From assembly GCA_965202585.1 (NCBI GenBank), contig OZ241827.1, positions 71,796,001 to 71,860,000 on the forward strand: a stretch of DNA of 64,000 nt, in the 5' to 3' direction. The position numbers were made by a program, and so were the translations under genes. The notes beneath the pieces are model-generated. The model was not told where the DNA came from. It was given only the letters and a program-made list of their open reading frames with translations, and searched no databases. This document shows positions 38,601-53,600 of the stretch, in pieces. The stretch comes from Thalia democratica (lineage: Eukaryota). Positions within the stretch are counted from its first letter, which is position 1. The number at the start of each line of letters is the position of its first letter.

Positions 38601-41600
38601 AACAAAAAAAGTATGTTTACCCCCCTATGCCCTTAAGGACGAAAACAAAACATTGTTTAAGCTTTTATAAATAATTAAAACAATAGTTGAATAATATTTA
38701 GACGCTACTTGTATTGTTCTTATCGTAACTACAATGTATTACCATTTAATTGAGATCAAAGTTCGTTTAAACTGCTTAAGCTTTTCTTTATAGTTTGTAA
38801 ACTAATTTTACAAGAAATCCAAACAAACACTTTATTACTAGGTAAGTTTTGTTTGATCAAAAATGAAATGTGCTTCCGAAGAAATTGTAAACATTTAAAC
38901 AAAGAGAAATGTTTATCTTTGTTTGATTAAAATGAGAAAAGTTCTATTGTTTGTACAAATTAAACAAAAGTTTGATGTTTTTATAACTTTGTTTGTTTTG
39001 AAAGTCAGATACTTCTATCTAAAATTAATTTAATAATACTTGAAGAATGTATTTCGATACATTAAGTCTATCAAAAAAGCTTTAAACTAATAAAAATTAT
39101 CAAAAAAAACTCAACTATGTTGTTAAAATGACAATAAATCATTAAAAATAAAAACATGTTAAAACTAAAATACAGAAAAAAAAATCTTATACTTTTATTT
39201 AAAAAATTGTAGTGAAAAAAAATAATCTACTTATATTTATTGGCTGGTCATTGTTTAAGCTATCATAATTACAGAACAAATATTACATGTATAACACTAG
39301 TTTTAATATAATAACAAAGCTTTTATTTAACAACTTTTAAATACTATAACTTACCTATATTTATTGGTTGATCGTCACCATAAGGAAAATATCGGAAATT
39401 GGGAATTTTTGCCGAAGGTATTTGGGAAAACCTGTTTTGGGTATAAAAAAAAAACAAAATAAAAACTTTTTTATTTCAAAGTATTTTTCACTGCTTAAAT
39501 TAGGATTAATTTTAATAGAACACCCTTCTGGTAGTTTTTAAACTAGTGTCTATGGATTTTAAGTTTAAAATATAACAATTGTAATAATTCTAAATAGAAT
39601 ACATTGTTTGATATTCAAAACTTAACATATTTGTTGGTCAATTCATCTTTATTTGGAAAAATACATAAATGTAATACATCATCTCTCATTCATCATTATT
39701 TATTATCGAATGAATACATTGACTTACCTTATTTTTTGTAAAATTTCAAACAAATTTTAATGTATGAAATATATTGCTTGTATTTAATTAAAAAAATATG
39801 TTGTATATAAGATCAAGTTAAAATTTGTTTTTAAATTGAACTATTTATCTAAATTTGAATTTTTTTTTTGTGTAACAATTCTTAAAAGGTATACGTTTAT
39901 GTAAGCATAATGTGAGCAAAATTTGATAAAGTAGGAAATTTGGGAAAATTGTAAAATTTAATAAACTAGTTGCAAATAGCATTACAAATCTTGTTATTTT
40001 AGCAAAAATATAGAAAATTTGGAATTTTCATTTTATTTACTTAGGTAATTCTAATAAAATTTAATAATTTATTTGCATAACGTATTACAAATATTATAAA
40101 TTTAATAAAATATATCAAATTAGGGATTTTCGACTTATGTTTTAAGGAAACGCTGATTAGATTAAAACCATCACATGCTATATTTTCTTTTTTCTAGCAT
40201 TTTAAAAATAAACAAATTTAAAAAATGTAGTCTGCAATTTTTCAAAAATTACCTAATTTTATATTGAAAAATTTATGCAATATTTTACATATAATGCACG
40301 TATGAAAACTGGTTAGTTTTTGTCATTGCAGAACAAATATAGAAATATTATGCTTTTAAGTGAAAACTTTTAAGAGTTTAACAAATTAGGGTGTAAATAA
40401 AAAATTTGTATAAGTTGTAAAACATTTAAAATGTCATTTTAATTTTCGAAAACATGTGACTTCATACAAGCTATCAATCAAAATCTTATGAATTTATATG
40501 AATTCAAGTTCATATTCTGTTTCATATGATTGAATACACTACATAGAGTTAAATAAAAACACTTCCATGATAATAAATTAAATTTATTTAGCTTTAGTAT
40601 GTTATACTTAAAATAATACTTGATTTGTAAACTTGGTTTTGAAAGCATTTAATATATTTTAATAAGGTTTAATGAAGAAATTGTAAAACTGTCAGTTTAA
40701 AGTTACGAAATCTACTTAAGATTTAAATTGTTTGTATAAAATTAATTTAATACCTTATAATTCCAATTTATTTACTATGAAAATAACAAGATGTTATCGG
40801 ACGCTTTCCCATTACGCAATTGGAAACAGTTAAATGGTCAGAACACGAATTTATTTTGTCATATTAGTTAAATTAAATCTAGATATGTGTGTCATATAGT
40901 GTTTTATTGATTCTATATAAAGAAGTATTTGATATTTTGACTGAGAAAAAGTAAAAAAATTAGTTGAAAACTTTAGTGGGCTTGCAAAACAAATAATGAA
41001 AAATAAATTTACCGATAAGATTCTTACTAGCTTTTAATTTTTTATAAGTTTCCTGATTTTTACAACTAATTAAGGTTTTAGAATAATTCAGTTAAGAGTG
41101 CCATGTTTGAAATCAACAAAAAAGTTATTCTTTTAATACAACTAAGTATTTTTATTTATTATTACTCTACTTAAAACTAGAGCTTTTTAAAATAGTTCAA
41201 ATATTTTTTCCACTATTTTGTAACTTAAATAAACCGTAATTACGAAATAAAAAAAGCTAATCGTATTAGAAAAAATTAATAAAAGCAAGGCTTATTGACT
41301 GCAACAGGATATAGGCGAACTTTTAAAAAACAATAAATCAAATAAATTACTTGTATTAAAATAGATTAACTTAATTAAATGAACTCTGAAAGTTCGTAAC
41401 ATTGTATTTATTTAGTTTTTATAATCTAAGCTCATAATAACTTTATTTTCTAAAACTTATTTTTATTATTGGTAATTGAAAGTTAGTGTTTCATGCTATA
41501 TAAAATATTTTTTTAATAAAAACTAAATTAGTCTTAATAATTTCAAACTTTACTTTTTGAAATTAAAAAAAAAATTAAAAATTATAGAATAAATAGTTTG

Positions 41601-44600
41601 AGCACTACGAGTTATACTTTCTATTGTTAAAAAAAAATATAAGGTTGTATTAAATATTTGAAACAAATATTTATCATTAAAAAATTAAGGAGGTAGTTTT
41701 ATTTTCATTTCATTTCAAAGTCTACTTTTATAAAATCTATTTACGGCAAAAATAATTATAGTCGTAATTATAAATATTCTTTCAATTCCAAAATGTAGTA
41801 CAAGGATCTAACACAAAATGTTTAATTTTAGTAAATGTATTATATAGTTTAACTGAAGAGTATTTTAAGCATTTATGAGCTTAAAAACCCTTCATTTTAT
41901 TTATAGTGCATTAAGATTAAAAATAAAGCATATTTTGGAAAGCATAACTGAATTGAAATTATAATCAGATTTACTGATATTGATTGAAAACTTTTTCACA
42001 ACTCTGCTAATTGAGATTAATAAATTCTAGAGCAGTTATTATTTTAAAAATCAGAATAAATTGTTTCTGAAAGATAGTTTTTATTAAAAAATCAATTTTT
42101 TAATAACACCAGACTTAAAACTATCATTATCAATAAAAATGTTTATTCTACTAAAAATAATTTATAATTATGAATTTTTTTGACCCTCAACTAAAATTCT
42201 TATAGGTTCATTTCAAAACTAAAATAAATGTATAAAAACTTTAATAAAATCAAAAAGAAAACTAATTCGCAGTTTATAATTGTATTGAACTTGACTTACA
42301 AAATTCAATCAATAATACAAGAGCGAGTTTTTAACAAGTCAATAAATCATGGTGCATCGATTGTTGGTAACAAAACGTTTGAAAAGCTTACTAGAATTGC
42401 AGAGACAATTCAAAGAGTTTGCTCGAACTGAAGACTGCAGACTTGCGAACGTAAGCTAGTTCAAAAGCTCGGTTTAAAATGAATGATATAAGCTTTCTTT
42501 TTATTAGTTCTTAAAAACTTAAAATCAAGTAAGTTGTTATTGTATTAAGTTCAAATTAACTTACAAACTTTTGAACTTTAGACACTTGAATAAGGTAACT
42601 GTTTGTGATGTTTTGCAAAGCTACATGGTGCATTTGTGAAAACACAAACTAGATGAGTTCGTTTAAATTAAAATATAAAAGCTTTCTTTTATAAGTTCTT
42701 TAATGTTTAAAAGCTTGTAAATTGACGTATAAAGTCCAGAGTAATGTATCTTTAAATGTATTGTAACTTTTAATCAAAGTATCCAAAAACTATATCCAAA
42801 TTTCAGAGATATTAACACGAACTAACTTTTACAAGCTTTTAAACTTTCATTGGTATTTTCGTAATTATCAGAAAAGCCACATAGTACACTTGCCAACACA
42901 GACTAGTTCAAAGAGGTCGTTTAAATTGAATGATAGAAACTTTCTTTTGTAGTGCATAAATTAAAAGCAAGTAGACTAACTTATAAAGTTCAGAGGAACA
43001 AATACAAAGCAAACTATAAACTTTTGAACCTTCTATTGATTACTTTTGTAGCTAAAACAAACTAGTTCTAAGGCATTCTTAGGGCTAAAAAACATTTAAA
43101 TTAAACTTTTCACTGTTTGAATTATAGGTTAATAAAAGCACAAAAAAAAGTCTTAATAGATTGGTAGATTAAGTTCATCAAAAAATTACACATTTAAACT
43201 CAATAAAGGTATACTACGTACCTTACTTTTTGACAATAAATGAATCAACTCTTGTTGGGTTAGGACCGGATATTTATAACTACAAAATAATTAAAATCAG
43301 AGGATTTAGTTACTTTAAAAACTACTACTCTTTTAACAATCAATTCTAACAAAATAATAGTTTTCGACCGTATTTGATTTATTTTAACACATTAGAAATA
43401 TCAAAAATACTTACTTTTCGTCAATGAACGGTTCGATCCTGGTTGAGTTGGGATCTGACGAGTAGAAAACATTGTAAACCTGACTGCACGAAGGTCTCTT
43501 GTGCTTGTTCGGTTTGTTGATACTTTGCAGCGCTAACACCAGTGATAATGGTGAACCTGAGTAAAAAATAGAAATATGTAAATATGATACATATTTTGAT
43601 AAACTTTGTTATGATCATAAAAACAAACTGTAAAAAAATTATATTTTTATAATGCTTTATATATTTGTAAACCACAGGTTCGTATGATTCAGTCTTTTAT
43701 AAAAAATAATTTGATTGATTGTTTAAATTTGATTAACTATGTAAAGTTAAACTAATCAGTAATTGTCTTAATTGTATACATAAACGAACATTTAAAGATA
43801 TATCTCGTTTATTTACATAAACATTATTAATCTTACTTTTTAAATAAAACGCTTGATTAATTATCTATATGTACACAGACTAAATATTTTTTTATAGTTT
43901 TGTATACAATATAAGACAGTTTATTTCGTTTTTACATTATTCGATTTTACTACTTTATTCTATTTTTTATACATACAATAAAACAAACCCAACATGAAGA
44001 AATGTTCAACATGAAAATTGAGCAGTTCATTCTGGCTACCAACGAAACTGGTATTAGTTTTTCCATCCAAAGTGCTTGTTCTTCCTTTCTGCATTTTCTT
44101 GAGTTCCTCGCTTGAAAGTGAGTTGGCTAGCCGGATTGAACTCTGTTGTTGTTAATATAATATTGATTCAAAAAGATTTTATTTTCTTAAACCTGCAGAG
44201 AGTCTAAGGATGATATCAAAACTTTATAGTATATGTTTTATTGAAATACTTTGCCAAAACAGACTTGTTTGGTTACACGTAAACCTGATAAATTTATAAA
44301 AAACTACAAAATAAATTTTATAAAACATTCAATTTATTAAAAAATACTTTAATGAAAACAAACGTGTATGCTTTGGGGCGTGGAGGGGGGCTTCGAAGGG
44401 TAAAACTTAATCCCAGAATCCCCTGAATTGAGAACCTCGTTAGGACCCTGGTGCGAACAAGAAGTGACTGACCGTCGCGGATGACTGAACATCTGGTCAC
44501 GTGGTTGCTGACACGCTTGAGCGAACATGGTCTGATCGCAGCGCGGAGATGGTGTTTGAAGTGGCGACTGGTCCTCGATTATATGGTTTGCTTCGGATGA

Positions 44601-47600
44601 CTGAAAAATGGTGTTTTGGATAAAAGATGTCGGAAAACAATTAGTACTTTAAGGCGATAAAACTTATCAAAACACATTTTGTTTAATTTTTTATGTTATT
44701 TTCTACGGACTAGGTACGATAAAATAATATTTATAATTTAAATTGGTTGACGGTAGTTCTGGCTGTAACATATAAAATTTTTTAAAAGCTAACTTTTTAA
44801 ACTTTGTAATTTTGATACTAATTTAGTTTAATTACAATAAACTATTGTATGGCTAAAACTATTAAAAGTGATTTTTGTAAGCAAAATTTTTCAAATCAAT
44901 TATTTAAACCATTATGTACGGTTTGAACAATTATACCAACTTTAAAACTTTTTTATATTATTTTCTAAATCAAAACAAGTTCAAAACTAGTGTAATTTAA
45001 TAATTAAACAAACTTTTGTTGTAATAAGTGTTCGCAAAACTACTTTTATTTGTAATTTAATTTTCAATGATCTTTTTACTGAAGCAAACCAAACAAATTT
45101 ACTTTTTACTAAGTTTTATCAGTTGTTAAAATCAATAAAAATTTTATTATTTTTGTTTAATATATAAAACATTAATCGATTACTGCTGGCGCTTGTACAA
45201 AAGATTTATTAGATAATTTCAACTTCAGCGTAAAAGATTAAATCTGTTTATTAAACTTGCTTGTTATGCATTATTAAATATCCGTTAAAACTTAAATCAT
45301 AAGCTTAAGAGGCAAATTATATGCTTATTCAATTTAAGTGCATTTAATCTCAATCCAAGTGGTTAATAAGGAATAAAAATAATTTATTTGCAATTTCTAC
45401 ATGTTTAGATTTTAAAAATCAAGGTCTGTTATAAATATATATTTATTCATTTTACTCTTTATAAACTCAATCTTTTTAAAACTTACTTTTGTTAACTTAT
45501 AAAATTACGATTAATTTTAATCAAAAGCAAAAGTACTAAAATCAAGGTTTACTTTTTATGTATATTTATTCATCATACTTTTTATAAGCTAAATTTTTCA
45601 TTTTATTAATTTGTTAACTTTTAAAATTGCGATAAATTATTTAAAGCAAAAGCAAATAAAAAAATTTAGTACTTGATCATAAATTATTACAAGTTTTTAT
45701 AAATGAAATTTTATTAAACTAACAACAGAGTTATTATGCTTTCTGCTCGGTTTAGGGTAGGAACACAACAAGTCATATCCAATCACTCCACCAATACTAT
45801 CAGATATTATGCAGACCTGTAATTAAATAAATATACATTATCAAAATTTCTTCAAATATCTAAGTCTGAAAATTTTTAAAAAGTATATTTAAACTTTTCA
45901 AGTATAATAATAAACTCAGCCTTATTTTACCAGTCTGCCAATAAATGACATTTTTTTAAACATTAAACAAAAACTATTAAAACCGTAGGGGCAACAGTAA
46001 AAACAATTAAAAAACAATATGAAAATAAACAACGCTTTCAAATTCTATAAAATTTTAATTAATTAAAAATTAAAACTTTAAAAACTTCGTAACAACAAAC
46101 ACAACCAACCTTCCCGTTAAAACCTGACCCCTGGTCACTCAGCAGGAAACTGTCGTGCACAAAGTTGCACCTCTGCACCAACGTCCTCACCGACTTGTCG
46201 TAACTTGACGATTGTGACGTCATAAGCGCTATCGTCGATGACGTGATCACTGCACTGTTGCTGTCGTTGTCCGATGACGTCGGGTTCAATCTGTGAAAAA
46301 TTTTGTTATTATTTAATTAATGAAATACATATTTTGTAACAATATATATCTTGAACTAAAAAACTAGAAGAGCAAAATGTACAAAGTTTTTATTTCAATT
46401 ATGTTATTGCAAGCTGGATACTTTTTACTTTAAAATGTTAGATTTGAAATAACTGAGAAATGCTACATGAGGAACATCACCATGTGAGTTTTTGATAAAC
46501 AAGGCAAATTGTGCAAAGGAGTATGATATCTCAAACTATCTTGATGTTTATAAGTATTCAGCAGTGAAAATTAAATTTATATGATAAAATCAAAACAGTT
46601 ATCTCCTTGGACAAACTATAAATTTTTAATTAAAGGGAGTTAGATCACATTGTTGTTTTGTTTATCAAAAAATATTCTCTTTTTTATTGACTCTGTTGTT
46701 TAACTATGATTGTGCTTATCATATACTTTTTTTACGTTTTAAATACTTAAAGTATTTTATCATGTTTCTGTGTATCTCATTAGTTATTTTTTATGAATGT
46801 TTAAGATAATGTCTATTTTATGTCGTATCATTATCCCATAATAACAAACATTAGAAAAAGTATAGAAATATGTTAAATGTAAATAAAAAATTTACAAGTA
46901 ACTTTTGTTTTCTTTTCAAACTACTTCTATTTTTAAAAATAATGATTGTCTGTTAATTAATAAAATTACTCAAGTGTGCCAAGTATGCAAAATAACTGTT
47001 TATTAATTTAAACTTTGTGATAAGTTACTTTTCGAACGATTTTAAATATTATACTTAAACTTTTACTACAGGCTAACCATCAATTAAATGAAACAAACAG
47101 ACTATGTAATAACGAACAAAATTTGTTAAATTTAAAACAACGAAGACCAAACAAACATAATATTACTTGAACGGCCGTAAATAAACAAAACTGTCAAAAC
47201 GGTAAATTCGAGTGTTTAAATAATTAATCTCGGAAAATGACGTGAATTCAAAATTTAAACCAATATAATCTTCCTAAGTGTTTATGATTTCAAAACTGCG
47301 TAAATTATTCACAAGAGTTTGTGAGTTCACTCATACGTAGAAGTACCAGTAAAATTTACAATAATCAACATAAATTAAACACAATTGACTTATCTTTCTG
47401 TTGTTTACCTTGTATATACAAAATTAACATTGAGAAACTTAATTGAAAACTTAAATGTTTTAGACTTTTAATCAATTGTAATGTTAAACTGATATAAATT
47501 CTACATATTGAAAAATTTAACATATAAAGTTTATATTTTGGAACCCATATAAACAATCTATTTTTTTAGTAACATCACACTTAATTTGAACAATTTTCGA

Positions 47601-50600
47601 AGTACATATAGAACTATTTCAAACGTCATGTTTTATACTTTAAATTCTTATTAATATTTTTTTTTTCAAATGACGTAAGTTTGACAATGAATTCATGTGA
47701 TTTTTCTATTTTTGTTGTTAAGTTAAATGTAGAACTTTTTAAAACTTACTTTTTAATTCTATCAAGACATTTAAAAAACCATTTAGACAATTGATGAAAA
47801 TGAAATTTCAGACACTTCATTCAGACATAATGAATATGATGAGTTTGGCTGGAGTTCAATTAAACAATTTTGACTTATTACTTTTCTATATTATAAACAC
47901 TGATTAGTCTAAGCTTTATAAACCAGATATATGCTTTTATATGCTTTTTATTACATTATCAATTCAGTATTAATTAATTACATCTGACACAAATCATGCC
48001 AAAACTATAATTTGTTATATAACACTAATTCAGTCAATACTTTGTTAGATACATTTACCATTAGAACAGTCTGTGACATGCCAGTATACTTTTGTTTATT
48101 TTTAAAATCATAAAAACATTCAACCGGCACATTTTAACCTTAGATTCAAAACAACTATATATTTGACAAATAATTAGTTCTAACTTGCAAATATTTCGTC
48201 TTAACGATTTCACGAACATGTCAACAAATAAATAGCCAAAGAACGAGAAAACTCACCTAAAAATGTGTAATCTTTAGAAAAAATCAGAACTTTAATATTT
48301 TTCCGAAAAGTACTTAAATATATATGTATACAGTACAAAAGTATCAGCTAAGTTCAACTCAAAGTATATATAATAACTTAAGTTTTAGAAATAAGAAACA
48401 ATATAATAATCCAAACACAATTATTGATTCAAAAAGTTTATGCTTAAGATTTCAGAAAACAATTGGATTTTTTTGATAAACCAAACCACATACATCACAT
48501 CAAGACAACATTTAAATTTTTATGATCTGAATACCTCATGAATAACTAAACTATTTATTTCATTAAACACAAACAATAACAAAAAATAGACAGCCTAGAA
48601 ATTATGCTTAAGTATTCAATTTAAAACTATAAACAAGCTTCATGAAGAAACAAAATTGAAATGTTTAAAATATGAAAACAATAGAAATTATTAAGTATAT
48701 TTTAATAAACCTGAAGTCAAGAAACAAAAATCTAATTCGGAGACAACCAACAGACATACAAATCTTTAAAAATGCATTTTCAACTTTTTGTTTTTCAAAA
48801 TAATTTCTTCAGATTGTCGCAGTATTCACGAGATAAACTTATTTAAAGGGGCAGTTGTAAACTGTTTTACGCAGATTTCGTGACGTGCTTCCAATATTGA
48901 AAAAAAAAAACATTTTTTATTGTTAGGAGTTAATTTCTTATCAATGAATACTTAAGAAAAAAAGAAGTTTTCTTTGCTTTTGATATAAAACAAACAACAT
49001 TTTGAAAGTTATGAGCATTCGGCAGAGCATTCGGCAGTTATTGGTGTGCTTTAATGCATTTCAAACACGTTAAATTTGAGATGCTTTCTTGATTAAGTTC
49101 TTTAACACTTATTAGTATTTTATTATCATTTGTGTTTAAATGTAGTTTTAGTACAGTGTGATGTAGCTATAATGTATCTTTGTGTTTCTTTCGTTTATGT
49201 AAATAAAAAATAAGTTTTGTTTCGATTGTTGTAATAATCTAATTTACTATTACTATTACCCCTTACGAACATCTCTATATTAAGATATTAGACACCACGT
49301 CGGGTTCTCTTATTGAGATAATAAGTAATACAGTTTCTTTTTCTTACTTTTTTTTTGATCCGCGCTTTTAACACTTATATAAAAGTTTAAAGTTGAGTAT
49401 GATTTTATGGATTTAAGTCATTTAAAACCAGGCTTTAAACACTAATTTGAAAAGTAAAAATGAAATAGTGTAATGGTATTAACATTTCATTTTCTTATTT
49501 TAAAGCAAATGTTGTAAAGTGTTTTTCAATGTTTTCATAACGTGCTTCCAGTATTAAAAAACAAACACTTTTTTTATTTTTAGGAGTTAATATTCATTTC
49601 AATGCGTATATACTTGCGTTTGTCTTTCAAATACGCGTTAGTCGCTTAGTTGGTGAATTAGTTATGCCGCGCTTCAAGTTACGATTAAATTCAACGTTTA
49701 TTTCTAGTTTCGAGAATCAAAAAACGTCTACATCGCGGAGTTAATGTTAGTATTTATATAACTTTACGATTGTTAATACTTTTTATAGATTTTATTTGTG
49801 TCGTGATTTAAAAGCTCTTTCTTCAGAACTAAAAATTATTATTGAAAATAAAGTAAATTGCATTTATTCAAAGTGTGTTTTATTCATAACTTAGGAATAA
49901 GTTTGTAACTATATTGAGCTACTTGTAAGTAAATATCCTATTTGGTTAAAAAATGACATAAATTCGACTTATGAGTTTTAATATTTATAGCGTCTACCTT
50001 AGACACAAAATACAGTATTTCTCCATCAATCATCTCATTTAACTGATATATACTTGACTATATATTAAACCAGACATTTTTATGCTGAAATTTCACTGAA
50101 ACAAAAATTATGATGTTGTATTTTTTAAAAATCTTTTAAATACAACTAAAAGTTTTGTCATTACAGTAAGAATCTTAAAAATAAAGGTAAAAATAAACTA
50201 AAACTTATTATAAAGCTAAGATAATAAAACTTTTAATCAAAATCTAGTAATTATAACTTTTGTTGACTTCAAAAAAAAATTGAGATAAAAAGTTATATAA
50301 CGTTTAAAAATCAGTATGGAGTTTTATTGCCAATGACTTCAAACGCATACTAAGTCATTTTTTTAATAAAAAACTATAAATAAAAACAAAAATAACATTA
50401 TAAGAAAAAGATAATAAGGACAACATTTGAATAATGAGGCATATAAACAAAGTTTTTATATTAAACTGAATAACAACAACAAAACCCGAGTCTCACCTAC
50501 AGAGAGACATTGCGGTCTTATGATCAAAACTTGTTGTTACATTCAATTTTCATACAAAGAATCAAACCTGAATGTCAATGTTTCAAAACCACATAAATTA

Positions 50601-53600
50601 TTCAAACTTTTTAAAAATAATGACAATTGAAGTCTGAGACGTAAGACAACAGATGACATTTCAAACAAGCCACGTAGACAGATGACATTTCAAATAAACT
50701 ATTTAGACAGATGACATTTCAAACAACAAGAAATAAACTGAAGGAATAAACAACAAACAAAAATTAGCAAACAACAAACAGGGGATAGACAGTAGATCGA
50801 TATTTTTGTGTTTGCTTTCAATATGAGAGCTTAATCCTCATACTCGAGCAGACAAATGCCAGTGGAAGATTTATGAAGTAAATAAAATCAATAAATTATA
50901 CATAAATTTTGTTTGTGTGGAATAACTGCTGAATAACATTATTAAGATTTTTTGAATATAATCATTTAAATTTATTTTATTTTTTAGTGAATAATCGCTT
51001 AGATTTATAAACTGAACAAAACACTTGTTATTAAGCTATTATTCATCATTGTACAACTCTTTATTGTTTTTTTTTTTCAAGTTTTTTTTAAACATTAAAC
51101 TCAATTTAAAAAACAAACAAAGAAGGTTAAAAAAGTTATTTATAAAAAGTTGTGCTTGTACAGGGGGAACTAGTTTTGTGTTGTTAAAAAAACGTTACTG
51201 ATCAAACAAAATTTTTAAAACTAAAAAATTACTAAAATTCATAGTCTGAGATATATTTACACAAACAAAATAAAATGAAATAATAATCAAAAATAACAAA
51301 ATATATGCTCGTAGAACAAATGTGGTTTTAACACTTTTTTTAACAGGCGCTGTTTATTATTTTTTACAGTACTTTAAAAGTATTAATAAACAGCTGTTTA
51401 AACTGATAAATTAAGTAAAGCACATTTGTATTATAATAAGTAATTTACCTATATCAAAACTATTTTTATTAATTTGTTTACAAGTTTTTAGCATACGTTA
51501 ATCAAAAGTTTTTGTAGCAAAAATAAATTTGAAAAAAATACTAGTTTTAAGGTAATTATGAATCAAATAAAGTGTATTTATATGCAAATACGGTAAACAC
51601 AAAGTAAAAACAATGTTTTTTAATCTATTTTTATATTCAAAACTTCAACTAAACATAGCTGAAAACATTTTTACAAAGCATTTTAATAAAAACTTATTAA
51701 CTATACAAAAAGCATGCATACAATTTTAATAACACATAATTTAAAATTAAAAGTTTTCAATCAAACTTTTGTTACTTTGGTAAAGAAATTTTAAAGCTAT
51801 AAATAACTTTTATGAACTGGAACAAAACAAAAATTTTTAAATTTAACATACTTTATTTTCACATAAAAGATATTATCGCTTTTAATAAACATTTTTCAAA
51901 ATGAACTGACTATTTATAAACTTGTAATATTATAATTTGAAAAATAATCTTTTAAGTACAACTAGTTTACTAGGTCCAAATAAAAAACTTAGTATTTATC
52001 TGAATTAACAGGTTTGTTTGTATAAACTTAAGTGTATCTGTAATTTTTGGTAATTCTGCTGGGAACTAAACACTAATTACTTATGGTTGATGATTAAAAA
52101 TACACAAATATGCTTACTTTGATTTTTGCGAAGTAAAAAATTAAATACTTGTTATAATAAAGGTCCAGTTTTTTAATTTAAAAATTACTTAACTGTCTTG
52201 AAAACTATTTACTTAAGTTAATTGATATTTAAATACAATAACGAAGTTTTTTACTATATATATTTTTTTTTTATTATCAAAAGCTTTCACAGATTATAAA
52301 ACTTTAAAGTTTAAAAATATTTATAAAAAAAATTAATCAAAAACTTTATATGCTTAGTTTGTATAGTACTATCCAAATGTAAGAAAAAAAAGCATATCTC
52401 TAAAAAAATTTAGCCTTTTCAATCTATATTTATATTAAAAACATTTAAATTATACCCGCATTTTTTTATACGATATAAAATAAATGTCAACATAACTATT
52501 TATAGTTAAACAGTGAACAACAGTTAAACAGTTTTTTTTAATAAAATACTAATAATTTCTAATAAAAAGTATACATCAACTTAAACTAATTAAAAGACCA
52601 AAGGGAATATAGTTCTTTTTTATTTGAAATAACTAAAATTCTAATTAAGTAAAACTAGACAAACTTCGAAATCTTATAGCATCAATTTTGATTTAGCGTT
52701 GTCGTTGACATACAATATTCTGTTTTAAATTTAACTGAAATGTATGTACATCGCTAAAGCATATATACAAATAAGATAGAGTCCAAAAAACTTATTTTGT
52801 TTAAAGGGAAATAAACTAACACAAAAAAGTTAGTAAAATTAAATACTTAAGTAAATTAGTTAAATCTATGTAATTGAATGTATAGGGTGTTCAACTTAAT
52901 ATATTTTACTGAACAGTGTTCAAAAACACTTTTTTTTCTACATAAAATATATAAGGTTTCTTACCTAAGAAACAAATAATGTGCGGAAAATTCAAAAAAA
53001 CAAATTTGTTAAAACAAAAAAAAAAACAGTAATCTCCAACGCATAAGGCTTTTGTGAGTAATATATTGTCTAAAATAAATATTCAGGGGTAAATGTTGGT
53101 TAAAACTATTATTTCAGTATAAATCGAAGTAATTAAAATGAATAGGTTTTACTTCAAGTTGAATTAATCATCTTTTGGTACGTAATCTAAGAAGTGTGCT
53201 TGTTACATTTTGAAAAATATGAGCATTAATACTTAAATAAGCTTTTGCTAATGTTTGATTATGAGTACAATTGTTTAGAAAAAGTTTCCTAAAGTCAACT
53301 TACAAAGACTTAGAAATTACACCTGTGACTTAAATAACTTTAAATGATTTTCCAAACAATTTTTAGTATATCAACAAACATATTTAAAACTTAACAACTA
53401 ATGTATTCGAAAAAAAAAACGCTTACAAGTATGATGCAGACATGTTTTTTTTTAAGTGTTTTATATTAATTGAAAAACGTTGGTCAAAAAAGTACTAAAA
53501 GCCTACGGCCCACCATTTAATCACATAAACAAATAAAACAGCTGTAATTAAACAATAAAACTAAACGTTATAAAAAAACAAGAATTACAATAAATTATAA

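Noticed and set aside
42228-42431. Plus-strand ORFs 42228-42431 and 50427-50630 in conserved intron blocks
   Set aside because: The paralogous A sequences have indels or early stops in these frames
14054-53000. Remaining 60-80 aa F/L/I/K/N-rich ORFs in the track (e.g. 14054, 17423, 18003, 18303, 21517, 22552, 30347, 31684, 37267, 47365)
   Set aside because: Composition typical of random AT-rich frames, often with non-ATG starts, no splice support and no A/B frame conservation where testable
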